Position numbers and translations under genes: made by a program
Part shown: in pieces, positions 1 through 8,948 of the stretch
Layout: each line of letters starts with the position of its first letter
How positions within the stretch are numbered: the stretch's first letter is position 1
The notes under the pieces: generated by a model
What the model saw: only the letters and a program-made list of their open reading frames with translations
The model's database searches: none
Told to the model about the DNA's origin: nothing
DNA from: Terriglobales bacterium
GTDB taxonomy: Bacteria > Acidobacteriota > Terriglobia > Terriglobales > Acidobacteriaceae
Reading direction: 5' to 3'
Length of the DNA stretch: 32,000 nt
Assembly (NCBI GenBank): GCA_035623255.1
Contig: DASPTU010000125.1
Coordinates: 166,818 to 198,817 of the forward strand

Positions 1-2
1 GG

Positions 3-80
3 ATCGTGCTGTTGGCGGCCGCTTACATTATGACTTTCAACGGCGACTGGTCCCAGAGAACCCGCAAAAGCGCAAAATAG
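3..80 (+). CDS. Possible C-terminal fragment of a protein truncated by the window edge (IVLLAAAYIMTFNGDWSQRTRKSAK*)
   Basis: Open reading frame entering from the left edge and ending with TAG at 78-80; hydrophobic then basic tail. Too short to assign. Confidence 0.3.
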   Translation: MVLLAAAYIMTFNGDWSQRTRKSAK

Positions 81-175
81 CATGAGCTATTCAGGGCTCC
101 TCATAACCATCCAAGGGTGGCCCCATCCTGCCTCAGAGCTGAACCTCCGGCTGGTAGAATCTCATCTACTACCAC

Positions 176-1933
176 ATGCTGCCCAAGAGCCTGCGCCCTC
201 TTTATTCCTACCTCAAGAAATACCGTGGCAGCTACCTGATCGGAACGCTCTGCGTTTTCCTGCATAACGGAATCTGGATTCTTTTCCCTCTAGTCATCCG
301 CCGCGCCATAGACGACTTGCACCTCGGGGTCACTCGCCAGAAATTGCTGACTTTTGCCCTGCTCCTGCTCGCGATTGCATGTGCGAAGGGCATCTTTCAA
401 TTTCTTACCCGCTGGATAGTGATTGGTGTGTCGCGCGAAATCGAATTTGATCTACGCAACGATCTTTTCCGCCACCTCGAGAAACTCTCTTACTCGTACT
501 ATCAGCGCACTCGCACGGGTGACATCATGGCCCGTGCAACCAACGACTTGAATGCCGTCCGTATGCTTTTGGGGCCGGCCATCATGTATTCGGCGAACAC
601 AATTGTCTTCACCGCCGGCGCACTTGCGTTCATGCTGTCGATCAGCCCGCGCTTGACTCTGTATGCCTTCCTGCCATTACCTGTCGTCAGCATTACTATC
701 CAGTATTTCGGCCGTCAAATTCATGAGCGCTTCGAAAAAATCCAGGCGATGTTTTCTGATATTTCTGCCCGTGCCCAGGAGAATTTCTCGGGCGTACGAG
801 TGATTCGCGCCTACGTGCAGGAAGAGGCGGAAATCGCCGCTTTTGAAGCCGCCAATCAGGAATACATCGGCCGTAGCCTGAAGCTGGTCCGGTTAATGGG
901 GATGCTCTGGCCGACCCTCGAAATCATGCTGGGATTTGCCATCGTCCTGGTGCTCTGGCTCGGCGGCCGCGAGGTTTTGCAACGGCGCATTACCGTCGGC
1001 GATTTTGTCGCCTTCAACACCTACATGGTACAGCTTACTTGGCCGGTCATCGCGCTGGGCTGGGTCATCAATATTTTCCAGCGAGGAACGGCCTCCATGG
1101 GACGCATCAATCAAATCCTCGTGGAAAAACCGGAAATTGCCGACACCGTTGAACTGAAGTCCTGGAAGGATGTTCCGGTCACCCACATCGAGGGCGAGAT
1201 CCAATTTCGCAATCTGAATTTTGCTTACAACGGCACATCGGTGCTCCACGACGTCAACTTGCGCATTCCGGCGGGTACGAGTCTTGCCATCGTTGGCCCA
1301 ACGGGGTACGGCAAAACCACCTTGGTCAGTTTAATTCCGCGCATCTACGATGCGGCGCCGGGTATGGTCCTCATCGACGGCAGACCGATCCGTGACTATC
1401 CGCTTGAATTCCTTCGAAGGAACATCGGTTTCGTCCCGCAGGAAACTTTCCTGTTCAGCGAGAGTGTGCGCGAGAACATCGCATTCGGTGTGCAAGGTGC
1501 GACCGACTCGGAAGTCCGGGGAGCCGCGCAGGCTGCCAGTATCGCTGATGATATCGAGAGCTTTCCCGAACAGTACAAGACTCTCGTCGGCGAACGTGGC
1601 ATCACGCTCTCCGGCGGGCAAAAGCAGCGCACGGCAATCGCTCGCGCCTTGATCCGCAACCCCAGAATTTTGATCCTCGACGATGCGCTCTCCAGCGTCG
1701 ATACGCATACCGAGGACAAGATTCTCAATCATCTGCGCGAAATCATGGCTGGCCGGACCACGATTTTCATCTCACACCGCGTATCGACTGTTCGCAACGC
1801 AGACATGATCGCAGTTTTACACGGCGGCCGAATCGTTGAACTGGGAACCCACGAGGAACTGCTGGCCAGGAACGGCTACTACACCGATCTCTACAACAAG
1901 CAGCTTTTGGAGGAAGAACTGGCCGAGGTCTGA
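176..1933 (+). CDS. ABC half-transporter (fused TM + ATPase, MsbA/MdlB-like exporter)
   Basis: 585 aa; N-terminal multi-TM region, Walker A GPTGYGKTTL, signature LSGGQKQR, Walker B ILILDDALSSVD, H-loop ISHR. Confidence 0.93.
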   Translation: MLPKSLRPLYSYLKKYRGSYLIGTLCVFLHNGIWILFPLVIRRAIDDLHLGVTRQKLLTFALLLLAIACAKGIFQFLTRWIVIGVSREIEFDLRNDLFRHLEKLSYSYYQRTRTGDIMARATNDLNAVRMLLGPAIMYSANTIVFTAGALAFMLSISPRLTLYAFLPLPVVSITIQYFGRQIHERFEKIQAMFSDISARAQENFSGVRVIRAYVQEEAEIAAFEAANQEYIGRSLKLVRLMGMLWPTLEIMLGFAIVLVLWLGGREVLQRRITVGDFVAFNTYMVQLTWPVIALGWVINIFQRGTASMGRINQILVEKPEIADTVELKSWKDVPVTHIEGEIQFRNLNFAYNGTSVLHDVNLRIPAGTSLAIVGPTGYGKTTLVSLIPRIYDAAPGMVLIDGRPIRDYPLEFLRRNIGFVPQETFLFSESVRENIAFGVQGATDSEVRGAAQAASIADDIESFPEQYKTLVGERGITLSGGQKQRTAIARALIRNPRILILDDALSSVDTHTEDKILNHLREIMAGRTTIFISHRVSTVRNADMIAVLHGGRIVELGTHEELLARNGYYTDLYNKQLLEEELAEV

Positions 1934-2112
1934 CACAAAGTCACAAAGAGGCAATCGAAACTTGGCAATTGTCAATTTCAGATGACAATTTGATCCTGAC
2001 GGCTTGGAATACTGGAAGCTGTATACGCGAACGGCGCTTCAGAAGAGTATTGTCGTCCGGCACTGCTGATTATGCAGCCCTGAATATCATCCTTCTGCAA
2101 CAGGAGGAAAAT

Positions 2113-2802
2113 GTGAAACGGTTTTCTGTCCCGGAATTCCTGGACAGCGATGCGGGTACAACTTGCGAAGTGCGGACTGCGTTAACAGACCTGCAGCGCA
2201 TCAACCGTTGGTTCGGCGGCACTGCGACGACTCTAGCCATGCTGGAACGGGTCCTCGATTGTACGAACAAGCACGATCTGTCTTTTCTGGAGGTGGCCTC
2301 GGGCACGGCAGAAGTCCCGGAGATAGCTGCAGGCACTGCATCCAGGCGCGGTATTGTCCTCCGCACCTTCCGTGTGGACCGCGCGGCCTCGCACCTGACG
2401 AATGGCAGCAGAAAAGCGCACGACGCAATTGTCGCAGACGCGCTGCATTTGCCGTTCGCTGACCGGAGCATTGACCTGGTCAGTTGCGGCTTGTTTGCCC
2501 ATCACCTCGACCCGCAGCAACTGATGCGATTTGGGAAGGAAGCATTGCGGGTTGCGCGTGTCGCGTTGCTGGTCAACGACTTGGTACGAAACCCCGCACA
2601 CTGGGCGGCGGCATGGATAGGACGACCGCTGTGGCGCAGCCGACTGACGCGCCACGATAGTGTTGTATCCGTCCGCAGTTCCTACACGCCTGGAGAACTT
2701 CGCTCGTTGCTGCAGCAGGCTGGTGCCGCGGAGGTCGAGATTAGTCGGCATTACTTCTTCCGCATGGGCGCAATTGTCTGGTCGACACCAGCAACGAGTT
2801 GA
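2113..2802 (+). CDS. Class I SAM-dependent methyltransferase, UbiE-like
   Basis: Track ORF is 1969-2802. An in-frame GTG at 2113 follows a strong SD (AGGAGG 2102-2107), giving VKRFSVPEFLDSD. Motifs INRWFGGTATTL, FLEVASGTAEVP, DALHLPFADRSIDLV. Confidence 0.75.
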   Translation: MKRFSVPEFLDSDAGTTCEVRTALTDLQRINRWFGGTATTLAMLERVLDCTNKHDLSFLEVASGTAEVPEIAAGTASRRGIVLRTFRVDRAASHLTNGSRKAHDAIVADALHLPFADRSIDLVSCGLFAHHLDPQQLMRFGKEALRVARVALLVNDLVRNPAHWAAAWIGRPLWRSRLTRHDSVVSVRSSYTPGELRSLLQQAGAAEVEISRHYFFRMGAIVWSTPATS

Positions 2803-2844
2803 CGTCACCCCAAAAAGTCGGCAGAATGTCTCGATTTTCGGAGA

Positions 2845-4254
2845 ATGAACGTGGAGATCACGTTCCCCCCGTGCATGGCCCAACCCTCGCCCATCCCTGC
2901 CGCTCACCCCAGCAAACCGCCCGGACCTCACGGTAATCTGTTGACCGGCAATTTCCGCGAGTTGCGCCAGGACGCACTAAGCTTTCTGACCCGATGCGCT
3001 CAGGAATATGGAGACATCGTGCGCTACCGCCTGGTCACATTTTACGGTTATCTGCTCAACCACCCGGACTACGTCGAGGAGGTGCTCGTTAATAACAGTA
3101 AAAACTTCATCAAGGGACGGGGGCTGCGCGCAAATCGCGCTCTGTTTGGCGAAGGGTTGTTGACCAGCGAGGGCGAAGTCTGGTTGGAGAAGCGCCGCAT
3201 CGCGCAACCCGCGTTTCATCCGCGGCGAATTGACGAGTATGGACAGCTGATATTGCCGCACGTCACGACTGCTCTGAGTGGTTGGCGCGACGGAACAGAA
3301 CGGGACATTGCGGCTGACATGATGAGCGTCACGTTGCAAATCGCTGCCAAGGCGTTTTTCGGCGCAGACCTCGCCGATCAAATTCCCGGTTTCCAACTGG
3401 CGTTCGAGGAGATTTCTCGCCAGAACGCCGGCCGTACTCGCCTGTTCCACCTCCCGGATATGATCCCCACGCCCGCCAACGTTCGATACAACCGCGCAGT
3501 CCACACCCTCGATTCCGTTGTCTACCGCATCATTCGGTGCCGCCGTGCCCAGAGGCGACATAATGACGATCTCCTCTCCATGCTGCTGCAGGCTCACGAC
3601 GAGGCGGGAGGACGGACCAGTGAGCGGCAGTTGCGAGATGACGCCATGACTTTCTTGCTCGCCGGACACGAGACCACTGCTTTAACCCTCTCCTGGGCCT
3701 GGTACTTGCTGGCACAAAATCCCCAAGCCGAACTGCAATTGGTGGAGGAACTCAAGCGCGTGTTGGCGGGACGCATGCCCGCTGTGCAGGACCTTGCATA
3801 CCTGCCCTACACTGAGGCGGTTATCAAGGAGACGATGCGCCTCTATCCGCCCGCCTGGCTTATGGTTCGCCAATCTGTAAACGACTGCCGCATAGGTTGT
3901 TATCGCATTCCGGCTGGATCTTCTGTCGTCTTTAGCCAGTGGGTTTTGCACCGTGATCCTCGGTACTTCGAAGCTCCGCAAGCATTTCGCCCGGAGCGCT
4001 GGCTGGACGGATTGGAAAAAAGATTGCCCCGCTTTGCTTACTTCCCATTTGGCGGCGGTCCCCGGTTATGCATCGGCGCGCCATTTGCCCTCATGGAAGC
4101 TTGCCTGTTGCTGGCCGCCATTGCATCGCAATTCCATTTCGATCTTCTCCCGTGGCCGGTCGTGCCCATGGCAGCTATCACGTTGAGACCGAAATTTGGC
4201 ATCAGAGTTCGTTTGTCCAGGCGGCAGCCAACAAATTCTTTGCGAACCAACTAG
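2845..4254 (+). CDS. Cytochrome P450
   Basis: I-helix LLAGHETTALTLSW, ExxR in ETMRLYPPAW, heme loop FPFGGGPRLCIG. GGAG lies just before ATG 2845; ATG 2875 is an alternative start. Confidence 0.96.
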   Translation: MNVEITFPPCMAQPSPIPAAHPSKPPGPHGNLLTGNFRELRQDALSFLTRCAQEYGDIVRYRLVTFYGYLLNHPDYVEEVLVNNSKNFIKGRGLRANRALFGEGLLTSEGEVWLEKRRIAQPAFHPRRIDEYGQLILPHVTTALSGWRDGTERDIAADMMSVTLQIAAKAFFGADLADQIPGFQLAFEEISRQNAGRTRLFHLPDMIPTPANVRYNRAVHTLDSVVYRIIRCRRAQRRHNDDLLSMLLQAHDEAGGRTSERQLRDDAMTFLLAGHETTALTLSWAWYLLAQNPQAELQLVEELKRVLAGRMPAVQDLAYLPYTEAVIKETMRLYPPAWLMVRQSVNDCRIGCYRIPAGSSVVFSQWVLHRDPRYFEAPQAFRPERWLDGLEKRLPRFAYFPFGGGPRLCIGAPFALMEACLLLAAIASQFHFDLLPWPVVPMAAITLRPKFGIRVRLSRRQPTNSLRTN

Positions 4255-4311
4255 GCTACGAGATTAGAATCTGTGCTTCGGCCGCAATAACGCGGTTGAG
4301 GGCTCAACGCA

Positions 4312-6009
4312 ATGGCTTGCGATATTTTGATTATGGGAGGTGGAGCTACCGGACAACTGGCGGCGGCTTACTTGCGCAAACGCTTTCCGGCTTTGAGCAT
4401 TACAGTGGTAGAGGGCCCTGGCAAGAACCGTCCCATAGTCGGCGAGTCCTTCGTTGAGCTGACCATTGATTTCCTGCTCGAACTCGGCCTCGGCGCCTAC
4501 CTGGTCGAAGAGCATTATCCCAAATACGGGCTCACCTATTACCACAAACTCAATATTGAAAATCCGGCGGACCGCACCTACTTCGTCGACGAGGCCCCCA
4601 CGGTACCGCCTCAGCTGTCGTTCCAGGTGAACCGCTTCACGTTTGACCGGGAAGTGCGCCGTCGCAACTGCCAGAATGGCGTGCAGATGGTGGCCGGCAC
4701 GGTCGTGTCGGTCGAACTCGCTCAGGCCGGCGAACTGCATTGCATCACGGTGGAAGACGCGGCTCGTCAGAAGTCGGCCTTACACGCCCGATGGTTGATC
4801 GATGCCACTGGACGCAATCGCGTCCTCGCTAAGTCGCTGCACCTTCAGCAAACCGTCAAAGAGCAGAAGAACGTTTTCTGGTTTCGTTTGGCCAACTTTG
4901 ATGCCGACATCATGGGACGCATCCATGCGTTGAAGAAAGAGAACCGCGCTTTCGTTCCCTACTTCGCAACCCATCACTTCTTTGGCAAGGGCAATTGGAT
5001 CTGGTGTATTCCCATGCGCTCTCCGGAGGCGCGCTCATTCATCAGCATCGGCATTACCTACCGTACCGACCAGTACCCGTATGGCGAACCCCGCAACCTG
5101 GAGCAGTTCTTGGAGTGCGTAGGGCAGGAGCACCAGGTCATCGTCGAGCTTGTGCGAAGTGGCACCGTCGTAGACTCGAATTTCTATCGCTCCTACATGT
5201 GGGAGTGCCGACAGCGATATTCACCCGATCGCTGGTACATTCTGGGCGATGCCGGCGATACGGTGGACCCGCTCTACAGCGTCGGTATGGCGCTGGCATC
5301 GATGCAGATCCGCCAAATCGGCGCCATCGTCGAACGTGACCTCGCCGGCCGGGACATCGCTGACTTTACTCGCGACCTCGACACTGTCATTGCCACTTTT
5401 CAGCGCAGTGTGACTCGTGATACCACCCGCCTCTACGAGTGCATGGGTGACCCGTATCAGTGCCACTTGCGGGTTCACCTGGTCGTCAGCAAGCTTTTTC
5501 ATTTCGCCGTCCCGCTGCTGATCAACGGCTATGCCTGGGACCCGCTGGGAGCTAAGCTCATCAACCGCTTCGCCAGCCTGCAAAGGCTTGAAGACGACTC
5601 CCGCCTGTTCCACGACTTGATTCGGAAAGTTGCCCAGGATCCTGAGAACTGCCGGCCGGAAAACTTCATCAAGGTGCAGTCCTCGGATTCCATGAATTAC
5701 AAATTTCTGGAGTGCCACCGCGAGCAGGACATTCCCGATTCCTTGGCGCAACTTCTCTTTTCGCTGGCTCGGTTGCGGCTTGGTCTACTGTTAAAACTCC
5801 GATCGCGGGCCTTGACGCAGTGGCCGCAGCATCGCGCGCTCGTCCTTGATGTTGTTCGCGGGCTGGTGCTAAAGGGGTTGTTCTCAGGCGTCAAATTTCG
5901 CGAAAGCCGCCTGGTACGCCGATTCGTTGCCGGAGCTGAGGCCCAGCCCGGCCCGGCACCGGCGGTTGCTGCTGCCTCCACCCAGCCGGTCAAAACTCCA
6001 TTGACTTGA
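4312..6009 (+). CDS. FAD-dependent oxidoreductase of the flavin-dependent halogenase (Trp_halogenase-like) superfamily
   Basis: N-terminal GGGATG dinucleotide-binding motif, VGES motif, downstream K-x-G (HYPKYG), WIWCIP matching WxWxIP, and ILGDAGDTVDPLYSVGMALA. Confidence 0.8.
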   Translation: MACDILIMGGGATGQLAAAYLRKRFPALSITVVEGPGKNRPIVGESFVELTIDFLLELGLGAYLVEEHYPKYGLTYYHKLNIENPADRTYFVDEAPTVPPQLSFQVNRFTFDREVRRRNCQNGVQMVAGTVVSVELAQAGELHCITVEDAARQKSALHARWLIDATGRNRVLAKSLHLQQTVKEQKNVFWFRLANFDADIMGRIHALKKENRAFVPYFATHHFFGKGNWIWCIPMRSPEARSFISIGITYRTDQYPYGEPRNLEQFLECVGQEHQVIVELVRSGTVVDSNFYRSYMWECRQRYSPDRWYILGDAGDTVDPLYSVGMALASMQIRQIGAIVERDLAGRDIADFTRDLDTVIATFQRSVTRDTTRLYECMGDPYQCHLRVHLVVSKLFHFAVPLLINGYAWDPLGAKLINRFASLQRLEDDSRLFHDLIRKVAQDPENCRPENFIKVQSSDSMNYKFLECHREQDIPDSLAQLLFSLARLRLGLLLKLRSRALTQWPQHRALVLDVVRGLVLKGLFSGVKFRESRLVRRFVAGAEAQPGPAPAVAAASTQPVKTPLT

Positions 6010-7324
6010 TCGTGCCCGTCGCCTGGGCAAAGTCAATATTGGCTTCGGTGCAGTTGAACTCTGCGGCGACACGGTCGTTGAGCGCGTTTTCTACTCGTGT
6101 CTCCGCGTCCAGCACGTCCAGACTTGTCGCCAAGCCTGCGTCATACCGGCGACGTGCGCGGCCCAGCTCGTCCTGCGCCAGGCCCACCGCGCGTTCCGCC
6201 ACCTGCAGCTGGCTCTGGGCAGAGGCCAGGCTGGCCAGCGCCTGGCGGACCTCCAGTTCTACCTGGTTCTTCAAATCTCGCTGCCGGATCTCCTCCTGTC
6301 GCAACAAGGCATTTGCCTGCCCGCGTTCGGCATCGATCCTGCCGCCATCAAACAACGGCACCCGTAATGATGCCCCGGCGGTGTGAGTGACGATGCCGCT
6401 GAGCAAACCGTAATCGGCAAAGCCGACCAGCGACGGGAGACGTTCCGCCCGCGCGGCACTTTGACCAAGGTGCGCGCCCTCCATTCGGCGCCGCTCGGCC
6501 AGGAACTCCGGTCGCGAACGTAATGCCACTTCCATCGCCTCCGCCGGCGTTGACAGCTGCGCTGGAACGCTGCCCAGTTTTCCTCCCAGATGCAAGCTGG
6601 TGTTCCAATCAATATTCAGCGCTTTGATGAGTTCCAGGTTTGCCCGGATGAGCACCGTTTGCGCTGCCAGCAGGCGCTGCTGGTTGCGCGACATGCTCAA
6701 CTCGGCGCGCGTCACATCCAGCGCAGTGGCCTCACCGGCGTTTTGCCGGCGACCGGCTTGGTCGCGCAGTTCTTGCGCGAGAGCTACGTTTGCCTGCGCA
6801 TTGGCGACGTCCGCCTCTGCGCGCAACGAGGCTGCGTAGAGCCGGGCCACCGTGGCCGCAACTTGCTCGCCCACACTCTGCGTGTCCGCCTCCGCTGCGT
6901 GTACGTCGGCGTGCGCAGCCTGGGAATGCCGAATAGTACTCACGTTCAGCAAATTCTGCGTGAAATGCAGGCGTGCGTCGAATGTGTTGAAAGGCCCCAC
7001 CTCGGTGGGAATCGTAAATCCCGATCCCGGAGGCGTGCTGAAACGGATTCCCAGCGCGTGAAGGTTGATGGTCTGGTCTTGCTCCGTCACACTCCCGTCA
7101 AAGTTGGGTAGTAGCCCGGAGCGAGCCTCCGCGTACCGGAAATGCGAGACATTCACCGATTCCTGCGCCAGCCGGACATCGGTATTGCCGTTCTTGGATA
7201 GCGCGATCTCGATGGCTTTCTGGAGGTTAAGCTCCAACGCCCGGTCCGGTCCACCAGCCGTTTGCCCTTGGCAAACGCTTAGGGATAGCAATGCCATCCC
7301 CCACATGATCCTGAAATTTGCCAT
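5990..7324 (-). CDS. TolC-family outer membrane efflux protein
   Basis: 444 aa with signal-peptide-like N-terminus and two repeated coiled-coil halves (LDVTRAELSMSRNQQRLL; TSLDVLDAETRVENALND). Confidence 0.93.
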   Translation of the reverse strand: MANFRIMWGMALLSLSVCQGQTAGGPDRALELNLQKAIEIALSKNGNTDVRLAQESVNVSHFRYAEARSGLLPNFDGSVTEQDQTINLHALGIRFSTPPGSGFTIPTEVGPFNTFDARLHFTQNLLNVSTIRHSQAAHADVHAAEADTQSVGEQVAATVARLYAASLRAEADVANAQANVALAQELRDQAGRRQNAGEATALDVTRAELSMSRNQQRLLAAQTVLIRANLELIKALNIDWNTSLHLGGKLGSVPAQLSTPAEAMEVALRSRPEFLAERRRMEGAHLGQSAARAERLPSLVGFADYGLLSGIVTHTAGASLRVPLFDGGRIDAERGQANALLRQEEIRQRDLKNQVELEVRQALASLASAQSQLQVAERAVGLAQDELGRARRRYDAGLATSLDVLDAETRVENALNDRVAAEFNCTEANIDFAQATGTIKSMEF

Positions 7325-7508
7325 AGTCTGCCCTCAAGACATGGTGTAATATACTCCCCCGATTATCGGATGGGGATTTTGTTGTCAGTTTCTCCCCCGA
7401 CCCGCCGATACACCGTGACATGCCGTCGTGGCGTTTCCGATCAGCCGTGATTGTCGCGTGCTGAACGACGGCCGTCAAACGCTGACTAGAAATTCGCGAG
7501 GGCGAACC
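7325..7508. promoter_or_regulatory. Divergent intergenic region between the TolC gene and the MFP-ABC operon
   Basis: Divergent gene starts; AT-rich patch GTAATATACT (about 7346-7355) and near-palindrome CCGATTATCGG (7359-7369). Confidence 0.5.
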
Positions 7509-8948
7509 ATGATGCGCACACAAGTGGCAATCGTTCCCGTGCTGCTGGTTTGCTTTTCCATCGCTCGGGCGGTTGGCCCGTCGGAGCGCTCCAGCCAGGC
7601 ACAGCTCACTGACGTGCAGGTGCTTGATGACGCTCAAGCCCTGCAGTTGACGTTTAGTTCCGCACAGCACGGAGCACCTCAGCCCGCTACGCTCCGCCAT
7701 CCAGATCGCTTGGTCATCGATCTTCCGCAGACTGTGGTGCTGGAGCCGCGCCGTCTCCTGGTGTCCAGCCATGGCATGAAAGCGGTGCGAGTCGCGCAGC
7801 TCTCGTTGCGTCCGCAGGTGGCCCGCGTAGTCGTGGATTTGACCGCTCCTCTCACGTTTCAATTGCTGCCTCAGGGCGATCGCCTGCTGATCAAGCTCTC
7901 TCCCGAGCAGTCGCAGAAAATCGATGCGTCTGCTTCGGCAGGCCACCAGCCCAGTCCAGAGTCGTTCTCGCTGTCCCTGGTTCCGGCGGTCGCCGCGGCT
8001 TCAGTCAAGCCGACCCGCACCACGGCGACGCCGCCTACCAATGGGGTGGGTTGTTTGGGCCGCATTGAACCAGAAGATGGTGTCCTGCAAGTCAACGGCG
8101 GTTACCTGGAGGGGCGTCCCCAGCGCGTGCGCGAATTAAGAGTGAAAGAAAACGAATTTGTGCATGCTGGCCAGCTCTTGGCCGTCCTCGATGGCAAAGA
8201 TCAGCTCGAAACCGCGGTGCAGCTGGCCGAGGCGCGCGTCGAGCTGGCGCGTTCCCGCCTGGCCCAGGTGAACGCGGGTGCCAGTGCCTCCGAGATCGCT
8301 GCCCAGCAAGCTCAGGTCGAGGAAATCAAAGCCGACCTGCAAAATGCGCGCTCCGAGTACAAGCGATATCAGGAGCTTCGGCAGAACACGGATGTGTCGC
8401 CCGCAGAACTGGACGCGCGTAGCTTGGCGGTGAAAACCGCGGAACAGAAGCTGGCGCAAGCGCAGGAGCGTCTTAAGGCCATTTCCGAGGTCCGCCCCAC
8501 CAATGTAGCCGTGGCCGAATCTGAGCTCCGCGTCGCCCAGGCCGAGGCTGACCATGCCACAGCCAAGCTCAGGACCGCCCTCGTCTATTCTCCGGTGAAC
8601 GGTCGGGTATTGACGATTCACGCCTACCCAGGCGAAGAACTCGGTCCTGCGGGCCTGCTCGATCTTGGCAAGACCGACAACATGTACGTGCGCGCCGAGG
8701 TCTACGAAGACGATATTTCTCGCGTGCATACTGGCCAACAGGCTTATATCACCAGCGACCTGTTCCCAGGCCAGATCTCAGGTGTGGTGGACAGAGTCGG
8801 CAGCACCATTTCGAAGAACAACGTCCTCCCGCTTGATCCCGTCTCTTTCGCAGATGCTCGCGTATTCAACGTCCGTATCCACCTGGATCGCGCCAGCGAT
8901 GTGGCCAACTTCATCCATGCCAAGGTCAATGTGGTGATACGCCCATGA
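7509..8948 (+). CDS. Periplasmic membrane fusion protein, HlyD/DevB-like, with N-terminal AMIN-like domain
   Basis: Track ORF starts at 7428. ATG 7509 gives a clean signal peptide (MMRTQVAIVPVLLVCFSIARA). AMIN-like segment includes ...LTFSSAQHGAPQPATLRHPDRLVIDLP... and ...RVVVDLTAPLTFQLLPQGDRLLIKL. Then lipoyl/hairpin/beta-barrel HlyD features including EVYEDDISRVHTGQQAYITSDLFPGQISGVVDRVG. Confidence 0.88.
   Translation: MMRTQVAIVPVLLVCFSIARAVGPSERSSQAQLTDVQVLDDAQALQLTFSSAQHGAPQPATLRHPDRLVIDLPQTVVLEPRRLLVSSHGMKAVRVAQLSLRPQVARVVVDLTAPLTFQLLPQGDRLLIKLSPEQSQKIDASASAGHQPSPESFSLSLVPAVAAASVKPTRTTATPPTNGVGCLGRIEPEDGVLQVNGGYLEGRPQRVRELRVKENEFVHAGQLLAVLDGKDQLETAVQLAEARVELARSRLAQVNAGASASEIAAQQAQVEEIKADLQNARSEYKRYQELRQNTDVSPAELDARSLAVKTAEQKLAQAQERLKAISEVRPTNVAVAESELRVAQAEADHATAKLRTALVYSPVNGRVLTIHAYPGEELGPAGLLDLGKTDNMYVRAEVYEDDISRVHTGQQAYITSDLFPGQISGVVDRVGSTISKNNVLPLDPVSFADARVFNVRIHLDRASDVANFIHAKVNVVIRP

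Noticed and set aside
2233-2931. 232-aa minus-strand ORF
   Set aside because: Antisense of the UbiE-like methyltransferase; Cys/Arg-rich, no family resemblance.
2977-3669. 230-aa minus-strand ORF
   Set aside because: Antisense shadow of the first P450; no motifs.
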